A DNA stretch of 64,000 nucleotides from a virus. The stretch covers positions 49,522 to 113,521 of the IMG/VR virus record IMGVR_UViG_3300027763_000036. One strand, written 5' to 3'. The notes under the pieces were generated by a model. It ran no database searches. It had not been told where the DNA came from and saw only the letters and a program-made list of their open reading frames with translations. The number at the start of each line of letters is the position of its first letter. The stretch's first letter is position 1. A program made the position numbers and the translations under genes. Positions 9,835 to 18,930 of this stretch are shown here, in pieces.

Positions 9835-12800
9835 ATGAAAAGAAAAGTAAGAATTTATAAAGACCCATTTGGGCAAGGTGGTTATATAAACAAGACTGCT
9901 CAGTGGTTAAGAAAAGCACAAGAAGGTGCTGAAACAGGGATGACTCCTGTAACTGCTGGTATCATGCAACAAATGCAACCTGCTCAACAGCAAATGATGC
10001 AACAGCAACAACCACAACAAGATCCACAAGAACAAATCTTACAAGTTGTAGTTGCATTAGCTCAACAAGGAAAAGGAGAAGATGAGATTAAAGATTACTT
10101 GTTAACTAATGTTTATGGTTTTGAGGAAGGGTCTCAAGAGTATGCTGCATATGAGCCACAAATATTAGACTTTGTATCTGCTGTGTTTGAAAGATCTGCA
10201 CCAGAGGAAGAAGAACAAGCAGTAACAAATGAACCTATAGAAGATATTGTTGCAGATACAAGTGTTGAAGATACATCAGAAGAAGATGGTAACTATGATC
10301 AAATGATCAATGACATTATTTATGATGATGAGGATCAAGAAGCTAGATATGGAGGTGTTCCAAATAAAAGATCTTATGTCAACAAATTAATAAGACAACT
10401 TAAGAAAGCTCAGAAAGGGGATCAAGTAGAAGAAGCTAACACAGCTAATGTAAGAGGAACTGAAGATAACCCTACAAGTGATGCTCCTGGAAATAAAAAT
10501 CCATTTATCTCAGGAGTAAAAGGACAAGCTGAGAATCATTTCTATAAACAACAAGCGGAGCAAATGTATAACAATCAGTTTGGTCAAGGTATGCCTCAAG
10601 CAGGTATGTCTCAACCACAAGATGATATGGATTATGCTCAACGCGGAGGTTGGAGAATGAGAAGAGCTAATAGAAAAATGTTTGGTACTCCAAATTTACC
10701 AATGGGAGTTACATCATCTAAATATTCTTTTGGTCCATTGGGTGGAGTTAGATCTGCAGAGATGCAGTTTAATCCACTTATGATGGCTTCTATGTTTCCT
10801 ATGATGACATTCCCAGGAATGGGAGGAAGTTCATCATGGGGATATAATGAACCTTACAGAAAAACTACAAAAGGAAGACTTGTTACTGAAAAGATTGCAA
10901 GTACTGTAAATAATAAATCTATAGAAGATGTAGCTAATGATACTGATTCTGATGCAGCTAATAAATCTGCAGAACCAAAAAAAGATACTGCAATTCCAAA
11001 TGCAGATGGGACAGTTACAGTAGATACTAGTGGAGAAGGTGCTTCTAGCACTACTCCAGGAACAACTCCAAATACTGGTGGCGGTACTGGGCCAGTTCCT
11101 ATTGACGGTGCAAGACAAGCCATGGAGCTTAGAAATAAGAAAGATAAATGGGGTAGATCGCGAGCTGATAAATGGTATGGTTTTGATCCAGCTACAAAAA
11201 AATGGACACTTACTGCTGCACCAGACTGGTATAAAGAACCATCTAAGAAAAGTAGATGGAGTAATGTTACTATGAAAAAAGATTCTTGGGGAAGAAATGA
11301 AGATAGCAAGTGGTATGGTTATGATTCTAAAAAGAAAAAATATACTGAGGGTCCAAATAAAGGAAAAACAACAACACAAGTAAAAAATAAACTAGAAGAT
11401 CAAAAAAATAAAGAGCTTATTAAAAAATTTCCAAAACTAAAAGAGCAAATAGAATATGACTCATGGTATAAAAATGCTAGTGGTACTGATAGAGTATTAG
11501 GATTATTAGGTTTTGGTCCAAGTGATCCAAGTTTTCGTGGTGGTTTTACAGATGATGATGCTCTATCATATGTAACACCAATGGGAATTAAAGGAGCAAC
11601 TGAAGCATTTAAATTAACTCCCGCAGCAGAAAGAATTTTAAGGGGTGAAAGATTAAATATTGGTTCAGGAATGGCTGCTAGTTTTAGAGATCCTAAAGCC
11701 CAACAAGCTGCAAATGCTATTTATAAAAACTTTTACAAGTCAGTTAGATCTGCACCAAAAGGTTTACCAGAACCTCCTCCAGGAACACAATTAAAATTTA
11801 ATTTTGCAGCCGGTGGATTTGTAAATAATCCTATGCAAGATCAATTTGGAAATCTTCAGAAGTTTATATATGGTGATCAGGTAGATGATCAAATGCTGGA
11901 AAATTTATATCAACCACCAATTAATCAATCTGACTTAGACTACTCTGATTCTGAAGATCCATCAGATCCATACTTTAAAAAACATGGTGGTCTTCACAGA
12001 TTTGATGGAACTACTAATAGTCAAACTAATCCTACAAATGCTCCAAAAACATATACTCAAGAAGAGTTAGACAAGATGCTTGCTGAAAAACAAAAGTCTT
12101 GGGAAACTGATTATCAAAAAAAATATAATCAGCAGATGCAAGGTCAACAACAAATGATGCAAGGGTTTGGTGGTTATGGTGCAGCAGGTTATAATCCTTA
12201 TGATAGTTATTCTGCTTGGAGTTCAAGAGGTAACTATGGAGGATTTGGTCCTATGGCAAGTACTGGTCTTTTAGGAGCTGCTGGTAATTTAATTAAAGGT
12301 TTTGGTAGAGGTCCAAGTACATATGGTCCTGCAGGAAATCCATTGCAATATGCAGCTACTGCTGCCCAAATTACCAAGTCAGGAATGCTACCTACAGGAA
12401 TGAAATACTCTAAAGAAAAAGCAGAAGGTTTCCTTGGTAAATTAGGATTGAAGAATGATAAAGTTTGGACTCTTGATTATGCTACACCAGAACAAATAAA
12501 AGCTGGTGCAATACCTGGTGCACAAGGAACTGCACCTGGTACTAATCAAAATACTTCAAACATGTCCGGTAGAGATAGAAGAATTAATAGAAGAGATGAG
12601 AGATTAAATAGAAATACTCCTGCTGAAGCTGATGCTTATCAATTTACAGGTACTCTTACCGGATCTCCAGTAACATATGCAAAAGAGCCTTTATCTAATG
12701 AAGAGATGTTAAAGTCTCAAGGAAAAATGTGGGATGAAAAACAACAGAAATGGGTTACTGGTTCTGCACCAACAAAAAATACTGAGATGGCATATGGTGG

Positions 12801-13425
12801 ATTTATTCCAGATTATATGGCTTATGGTGGAGACTTGCCTACTGCTGATAATGGAATTAATTTTTCTACCGTGTCTTATGAGGGTAATCCAGTTATAGGT
12901 GTTGAAGAAAGTCCAACATGGGGAGCAATGCAATATTTCAATCAAAATCAGAATATTAAAAATCCTGATGCTGATAAGTTTAAAAATTATACCATAGAAC
13001 CAGAAGGTGAAGATTTAACAGATTGTACATATGAACAAAAACTAGATCCAACAAGTAAGTGTTATGAACCTCAAACTGCTCAGTTAAAAATTAAAGAGGA
13101 AAAGGGCAAAATGGATCCTACTAAACTTTCTAGAGGTGTGTTAGATTTTGGAGCTAATCTTGCAGATGCTCAAGATTATATGACTGAAAGAAGAACTAAG
13201 TATATTCCTGGAATGACAGAGTTTGCAATGGGTGAAAAACAAGATGCAGAAGAAAGAATAAATAAAGGTGAGTGGAATGCAAGAACTGGTAAAGAAGGTA
13301 TACAAGGTTTTGAAGGTGTAATAAGAAAGGGTGGTTCTATTAAAAGTAAAAAATCAAAAGCTAGTGGTCATAAAATAAACATAAGTGACTTTCAAGATTT
13401 AATGAGATTGGCTGGTTTAAAATAA
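9835..13425 (+). CDS. Low-complexity internal virion (cargo) protein with xxxGG repeats
   Basis: 1196 aa with Q/M-, G- and acidic-rich tracts, two KD(K/S)WGR..KWYG(F/Y)D repeats, and motifs ARYGG, AQRGG, FAAGG, KKHGG, MAYGG x2, IRKGG. Located in the virion gene block. Confidence 0.55.
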   Translation: MKRKVRIYKDPFGQGGYINKTAQWLRKAQEGAETGMTPVTAGIMQQMQPAQQQMMQQQQPQQDPQEQILQVVVALAQQGKGEDEIKDYLLTNVYGFEEGSQEYAAYEPQILDFVSAVFERSAPEEEEQAVTNEPIEDIVADTSVEDTSEEDGNYDQMINDIIYDDEDQEARYGGVPNKRSYVNKLIRQLKKAQKGDQVEEANTANVRGTEDNPTSDAPGNKNPFISGVKGQAENHFYKQQAEQMYNNQFGQGMPQAGMSQPQDDMDYAQRGGWRMRRANRKMFGTPNLPMGVTSSKYSFGPLGGVRSAEMQFNPLMMASMFPMMTFPGMGGSSSWGYNEPYRKTTKGRLVTEKIASTVNNKSIEDVANDTDSDAANKSAEPKKDTAIPNADGTVTVDTSGEGASSTTPGTTPNTGGGTGPVPIDGARQAMELRNKKDKWGRSRADKWYGFDPATKKWTLTAAPDWYKEPSKKSRWSNVTMKKDSWGRNEDSKWYGYDSKKKKYTEGPNKGKTTTQVKNKLEDQKNKELIKKFPKLKEQIEYDSWYKNASGTDRVLGLLGFGPSDPSFRGGFTDDDALSYVTPMGIKGATEAFKLTPAAERILRGERLNIGSGMAASFRDPKAQQAANAIYKNFYKSVRSAPKGLPEPPPGTQLKFNFAAGGFVNNPMQDQFGNLQKFIYGDQVDDQMLENLYQPPINQSDLDYSDSEDPSDPYFKKHGGLHRFDGTTNSQTNPTNAPKTYTQEELDKMLAEKQKSWETDYQKKYNQQMQGQQQMMQGFGGYGAAGYNPYDSYSAWSSRGNYGGFGPMASTGLLGAAGNLIKGFGRGPSTYGPAGNPLQYAATAAQITKSGMLPTGMKYSKEKAEGFLGKLGLKNDKVWTLDYATPEQIKAGAIPGAQGTAPGTNQNTSNMSGRDRRINRRDERLNRNTPAEADAYQFTGTLTGSPVTYAKEPLSNEEMLKSQGKMWDEKQQKWVTGSAPTKNTEMAYGGFIPDYMAYGGDLPTADNGINFSTVSYEGNPVIGVEESPTWGAMQYFNQNQNIKNPDADKFKNYTIEPEGEDLTDCTYEQKLDPTSKCYEPQTAQLKIKEEKGKMDPTKLSRGVLDFGANLADAQDYMTERRTKYIPGMTEFAMGEKQDAEERINKGEWNARTGKEGIQGFEGVIRKGGSIKSKKSKASGHKINISDFQDLMRLAGLK

Positions 13426-13431
13426 AGAAAG

Positions 13432-15744
13432 ATGAACAAAAGACTAACAAGACTTCCTAAAGCAAGAACTGGATACCAAGTAAGAGGTTCATTAGCAAAT
13501 GATGTACCTGCTTTTGGTGGAGCAGATTATAATGCTTACATGGGTATAGCAAGTCCACAGGTAAGAAAAACTATGGGAGCTGTGCCTAGAGAAGAAGCAA
13601 ATTTAGAAGCTGAAGGTGGAGAAACATTAGTAGGAGATCTTGATGGCTCTACATTCCCATCTTTCTTTCATATAAAAGGACCAAGACACTCTGCTGGTGG
13701 AGTTCCTATGAACTTACCAGATGACACATTTATCTTCAGTGATACAGCATCTATGAAGATAACTGATCCTAAGATCTTAAAGATGTTTAATAAGTCACCT
13801 AAGAAAGGTGGTTATACTCCAGCAGAACTATCTAAAGGTTATGACATAAATAAATATAGAAAAACTTTGCAAGATCCTGAAGCCAATAAGATGGAAAAGA
13901 AGACTGCAGAGATGATGATTAAAAACTATGTTATGAAGCTTGGTGCATTAGCTATTGCACAAGAATCTAAAAAAGGTTTTCCTCAAGGTATCCCTGTTAT
14001 AGCTAAACCTTATATGGAGGCTAATAAAATTACAGAAGCTGATTTAATGCCTGAAGTTGCTAAACAACAAGAAGAGCAACAACAGATGATGGCTCAACAA
14101 CAAGGTGCACCACAAGAACAGATGGGAGAAGCACCTGAGCAAATGCCATCTGGAGAACCAGTAGCACAACCTTCTATGGAGGAAGATATGCAAATGCCAC
14201 CACAGATGTCACCTGAGCAAATGCAACAAGCACCAATGGCTATGTATGGTATGGAGATGGGAGGCTATGATATGCCATTTGCTGCATATGGTATGGCTAT
14301 GGGAGCTAATTCTAGTAACTATATGGGAAGGACTAAAAACATTGTTGGTAGTGGTCCATTCTTAAATCGTGAGATGGCTAAAGAAGGACTTATTGTTGGT
14401 GGTATGTTAGGTATGCCGGTAATAATGAGTGGTGGAGGTTACATAGATAAGTATCCAGGTGGTGGACAAAAGAAAACTAAGGAACAATTGCAAAAAGAAA
14501 TTGATGCAAAAAAATATAAGGACAACACTAAAAAGGTTAAGGAATTTGAAAAAGATGTTGATGTTTTTGAAGTAGATGGTAAAAAGATTGGAGCAAGAGG
14601 TACATCAGATGAACAAAATAAAAATTTAACATATAACAAAAGAAAAAATCCTTATGTGTATGATAAAGGTAAAGAAGAAGCCTATATAAAAAGCCTTTGT
14701 GAAAGAATGAAAAATGGAGACTTAAAAGGTTATACTGTTGATGATCTTGTAAAAAAGAATTTAATTGTTGCAGCTGCAGGTTCAAAATTAGCAGGATGTG
14801 AAACTAAATCTGAAAGTGATGTAACAGAATTCTTTGAATTAGAAGATACTCCAGAAACTCCAGGTGAAGTAGAAAAATGTTATTGTACAGATCCAGAAAC
14901 TGGTAAAGAAGTTGAAGTAGCTCTTACTAATGGTAAGTGTGAATGTGAAGAAGAAGTAAGTGGTGGCGGAGGTTATGGAGCTCAAGCTCAACCTTGGCAA
15001 ATACCAATGCAATGGACTCCGCAAGATGAAAGAAATCTAGCAACAGCTATGAGAACTAGAACTGGTATTGAATATCCTACAGCTATGACATATCAGTATC
15101 CTGAAGTAGAACTAGCTAAAGAAGAATGGTTATCTAAAGTACAAGGTCTTCAGGGACAGGCTGCTAAGAATTTAGATGTGTTATCTGGAACAGCAGGGTC
15201 ATCTAATGCTAAACAAGCTACAGCAGCTTCATTACAAGGAGATGTTGCAGAAGGTATTGTAAATGCTATTGCTAGTACTCAAGCAAGAAATGTTGGTACA
15301 GAGAATCAAGAAAGATTGACAAACTATCAAGGTGATGTAGCTGAAGGATTAAATAGACAAGGTATACTTAACCAGTATATGGATAAAGTAGGTGCAGTTG
15401 AAAATAATTATAGGGGAGAGTTAAATGCTAAAGATGCCTTAACTGCTCAAATGATTAATCAAGGAGATACTAATGCAGCTAATATATACAATCTACAAAC
15501 TGAACAATACGGTATAGATCCAAGAACTGGTAAACAAATATTTAAGACTGGTAAACCAATAGAACCAGAACAACAAGGACAAGATATGATTGCATATGCT
15601 AAAGAACTAGAGGCTTCACATTTACCAGAGGATGTTCAAGAATTAATTCTAAAACAAAGATTCTCTAGGTATGGAGGCCCTGTCTTACAAATGGGTGGAA
15701 TGGTATATGGAGACATGGTTTATCCTTTCTATTACTATGAATAA
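13432..15744 (+). CDS. Internal virion cargo protein (crAss cargo protein 1-like)
   Basis: 'NLEAEGGET...IKGPRHSAGGVP...FIFSD' matches a domain I recognise from crAss-like internal proteins. Q/M-rich linker, small Cys cluster, helical Q/N/A-rich C-terminus. Confidence 0.6.
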   Translation: MNKRLTRLPKARTGYQVRGSLANDVPAFGGADYNAYMGIASPQVRKTMGAVPREEANLEAEGGETLVGDLDGSTFPSFFHIKGPRHSAGGVPMNLPDDTFIFSDTASMKITDPKILKMFNKSPKKGGYTPAELSKGYDINKYRKTLQDPEANKMEKKTAEMMIKNYVMKLGALAIAQESKKGFPQGIPVIAKPYMEANKITEADLMPEVAKQQEEQQQMMAQQQGAPQEQMGEAPEQMPSGEPVAQPSMEEDMQMPPQMSPEQMQQAPMAMYGMEMGGYDMPFAAYGMAMGANSSNYMGRTKNIVGSGPFLNREMAKEGLIVGGMLGMPVIMSGGGYIDKYPGGGQKKTKEQLQKEIDAKKYKDNTKKVKEFEKDVDVFEVDGKKIGARGTSDEQNKNLTYNKRKNPYVYDKGKEEAYIKSLCERMKNGDLKGYTVDDLVKKNLIVAAAGSKLAGCETKSESDVTEFFELEDTPETPGEVEKCYCTDPETGKEVEVALTNGKCECEEEVSGGGGYGAQAQPWQIPMQWTPQDERNLATAMRTRTGIEYPTAMTYQYPEVELAKEEWLSKVQGLQGQAAKNLDVLSGTAGSSNAKQATAASLQGDVAEGIVNAIASTQARNVGTENQERLTNYQGDVAEGLNRQGILNQYMDKVGAVENNYRGELNAKDALTAQMINQGDTNAANIYNLQTEQYGIDPRTGKQIFKTGKPIEPEQQGQDMIAYAKELEASHLPEDVQELILKQRFSRYGGPVLQMGGMVYGDMVYPFYYYE

Positions 15745-15794
15745 ACTTTTAAGGTTTATTAAACTTAGAAAATTTTAATATATTTATACTATAG
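15740..15794 (+). promoter_or_regulatory. Putative late promoter, second copy: AATAAACTTT-T-AAGGTTTATT plus TATATTTATACTATAG
   Basis: 10-bp inverted repeat with 1 mismatch centred at 15750. The AT box at 15779-15794 is 15/16 identical to the copy at 9810, with the same 29-nt centre-to-box spacing. Confidence 0.55.
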
Positions 15795-15805
15795 AATAGA
15801 ACATT

Positions 15806-18800
15806 ATGGCAACTTATACGGCAGCCACATTTATACCGCAATTACAACCTTATCAGCCTGATCTGAATTTGTATGCTAATTTAATACAGAATAAACAGAC
15901 TCAGTATGATTCAAATTGGAAGTCATTAAATAAAATATATGGTCAGTATTTTTATGCAGATCTTACAAGAGAAGATAATGCAAAAAAGAAAGACTATCTA
16001 TTAGATCAAATTAATTTTAATGTAGGAAGACTTGCGGGCCTTGATCTTTCTTTACAACAAAATGTAGCTCAAGCTACTCAAGTATTTAAACCTTTCTATG
16101 AAGACAAGGCTTTAATGAAAGATATGGCTTGGACAAAAAACTATAACTCACAAATTGGGACAGCTCAAGCATTACAAGGTTCAGCAGATGAAAAAAGAAG
16201 AGCTGAGTTTTGGGATACAGGTATGAGACAGCTTCAATACAAAAGAGATGAGTTTAAAGAAGCTACTGCAGATAAAGCTATGGGTATGGAGAATGTATTA
16301 TATACTCCATATGTAAATGTTGAAGGAAAAGCTTTTGATCTTGCAAAACAATATGGTGATATTAAAACTGTAAAGTGGTCAGAAGATGGTAGATACATGA
16401 TTACTAAAACAAATGGTGAACCATTGGAAGAACCTTTACAACATTTATTTGAAGCTAACCTAGGAAATGATCCACAAGTTCAAGCTATCTATCAAACACA
16501 AGCATATGTAAATAGAAAAGATTATGCTTACTCTAATGCTGCTCAGTTTAATGGAGATAAGAATGCTGCAGAGATGAAGTATCTTGAGAATAACTTTAAT
16601 ATACTTAAAGGACAATCAGAAAAAAGATATAAGAATATAGAAGCTGCTGCAAATGTATATGACAGTAAGATAAAAGATTTAGAAGCTCAAATTAAAAATG
16701 GTACAGCTGGACCAAATGCTAAAAATATGCTTGCCGCATATACTGAAGGAAGAGACATTAATAATTCAGTATTAGAAAGAGCTAAGAAAGATTATGACTC
16801 TATGAGTAGTGGAGAATCTAAAACTGCTACAACAAGTACTGGATTTAAAAATCCTTATGGAGATATAGAGTCTTTAAGATATAAAGTTGATAATGGTATG
16901 GCATCATTATTAATGCAAAAAGATTTGGATGAGGCAGCTCATTCATTAGCACTTAGAAACTCTAGTGAAGAATATAAAGCAGATCCATACGCTGTTATGG
17001 AACAGAGGCAAAGATATGCTTTACAGTTAGCAGAATATAAAAGTAAACTTGAAAGAAAAAATGATTTAGATGCAGCTAAGATAGAAGCAGGTACTCACTA
17101 TGAAGATGACCAAGGAAATGTTGTTCCTGTGGAAAGTCAAAATATAGTTACAACAGAACAGAATGATAAAGGTAATGTAACTGATGTTGTAAACTTTAAA
17201 GAGAAAAGTAGAGAAATATCAAATTTGACTAAGCAAGAATATCTTGATCCTTTCTTTAATTCTAGTTTTGCTATTATTGGTAAAGCTTTATCAACCGGAA
17301 AAATGTCTCAGAAAACTGCGGCATATATTCTTGGATATAGCAAAGACAAAAAAATTACTGCACAAGAGTTTATTAATAAGTACACTAAATATGGTGACTC
17401 TTGGTTAAGAAAATATGTTGGACAAGATGGAATTAAAAGTATCCATAATAGAATGGATACTTGGGTTTCTAAAAATAGAGAGTTAAGTTTATTTAATCAA
17501 GATGGTCAGAAGACTCAAGATTATATAAACTATGTTAACGGTAGTGTAAAAGCTAATGACTATATGTTATATCTTGAATCTGATCAAAAGTTTAGAAAAG
17601 ATTCTGCAAAAGGCATTGAAAAATCTTTAATGAAAGATGGCTATCAATATGCTTATTTATTGTATGATGATAAAGGAAACTTGAGAAGTGAAAAAGAGTT
17701 TTTAAATCAACTAAAAAGTAAAAATATTGTATCTAGTAATACATTGGATATATATAAACAAAAGATTTTAACAGATACAAAATATAGAAAAGAACTAGAA
17801 AAATTAGCTAAAGAAAAAGGTGACAAAGGATTTTTAAGTTTTCTGTCACAATTAACTCCTGTAACAGGTCTAGCTAATCAAATCTATAATTATGCATCTG
17901 GTTCAAAAGGAAGTTTTGCTGCAAATAATGCATATTATGCTAAACAAATTGGAAACTTTTTAAAAAACGTAGGTCCTGGAAACTGGCTTGATAATTTTAT
18001 TGAAGGAAAAATTCTAGAAGATGTTGATTATAAAACTTTAGTAAATGCTGCTGGTAAAAGATATAGTAATTCAAATATTGTAAAAGCTAATCCTGCTAGA
18101 CTTTCGTTAGGTCCTATAGATAAAGGTACGGGATTATTTACAGTAGGTTCTTCTGCAATTACAGTTAATCCAAAAGGAATGTCAGCAGGTAAAGCACACT
18201 TTGGTGAAGCAATTAATGCTCTAAGTAATTTTGATTGGGGTGGTGCAGATGTGTTTACATTTGGGAATCTTACTAAAGATAATTATGATAAAGCTAAAGG
18301 TATGCAATCCTCAAGAGCTGCACAAGGACAAAAGCTTCTTTCAGACTTAATGTTAGACTTTGAAAAGGCTCAACAAAAAGGCGGTAAAACAAAACTATCA
18401 CAATTTAAATTAAAAGTTTCACCTATTGCTGGTGGATCAAGTAAGTTATCAAGTATTACTATTGTTCCAAATAAAGAATGGTTGGATCAATATTTATCAA
18501 CTAATAAAGAAACACCTAATAATTTACTTACAGCTACTGAATATAAAAGTGCATTAACAAATGGTTTGACTTTTATAATGAATAGCAGTAAATTAAATAA
18601 TGTTACAATGTATAAACAATCATATACATCTCCAATGGCATCTTATGTTGAGTCTTTTGGTAAGTATGAACTTAATAATATTGGCGGTGATCCAATGAAA
18701 AGATATGTTGTAACTCCAAATACATATGGTACTGGAGATTATATTACAACTGTATATTATCCTAAATACAATCCAAATACTGGAGAAATTGAACAAGCAA

Positions 18801-18928
18801 AAGAAGTAGTTAATACAGGTATACAAGGAGGATTACTAGAAAGCAATAGAGATCAAATGATAAACTTTCTTAATCAAAATGATGACCATATTAACTACTT
18901 ACATAACAACTATTATCAAGGAGAATAA
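15806..18928 (+). CDS. Ejection/cargo protein (crAss-like)
   Basis: 1040 aa with N-terminal 'QPYQPDLNLYANLIQNKQTQYD', helical, no Cys seen. First gene of the giant cargo-gene series. Confidence 0.6.
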   Translation: MATYTAATFIPQLQPYQPDLNLYANLIQNKQTQYDSNWKSLNKIYGQYFYADLTREDNAKKKDYLLDQINFNVGRLAGLDLSLQQNVAQATQVFKPFYEDKALMKDMAWTKNYNSQIGTAQALQGSADEKRRAEFWDTGMRQLQYKRDEFKEATADKAMGMENVLYTPYVNVEGKAFDLAKQYGDIKTVKWSEDGRYMITKTNGEPLEEPLQHLFEANLGNDPQVQAIYQTQAYVNRKDYAYSNAAQFNGDKNAAEMKYLENNFNILKGQSEKRYKNIEAAANVYDSKIKDLEAQIKNGTAGPNAKNMLAAYTEGRDINNSVLERAKKDYDSMSSGESKTATTSTGFKNPYGDIESLRYKVDNGMASLLMQKDLDEAAHSLALRNSSEEYKADPYAVMEQRQRYALQLAEYKSKLERKNDLDAAKIEAGTHYEDDQGNVVPVESQNIVTTEQNDKGNVTDVVNFKEKSREISNLTKQEYLDPFFNSSFAIIGKALSTGKMSQKTAAYILGYSKDKKITAQEFINKYTKYGDSWLRKYVGQDGIKSIHNRMDTWVSKNRELSLFNQDGQKTQDYINYVNGSVKANDYMLYLESDQKFRKDSAKGIEKSLMKDGYQYAYLLYDDKGNLRSEKEFLNQLKSKNIVSSNTLDIYKQKILTDTKYRKELEKLAKEKGDKGFLSFLSQLTPVTGLANQIYNYASGSKGSFAANNAYYAKQIGNFLKNVGPGNWLDNFIEGKILEDVDYKTLVNAAGKRYSNSNIVKANPARLSLGPIDKGTGLFTVGSSAITVNPKGMSAGKAHFGEAINALSNFDWGGADVFTFGNLTKDNYDKAKGMQSSRAAQGQKLLSDLMLDFEKAQQKGGKTKLSQFKLKVSPIAGGSSKLSSITIVPNKEWLDQYLSTNKETPNNLLTATEYKSALTNGLTFIMNSSKLNNVTMYKQSYTSPMASYVESFGKYELNNIGGDPMKRYVVTPNTYGTGDYITTVYYPKYNPNTGEIEQAKEVVNTGIQGGLLESNRDQMINFLNQNDDHINYLHNNYYQGE

Positions 18929-18930
18929 AT

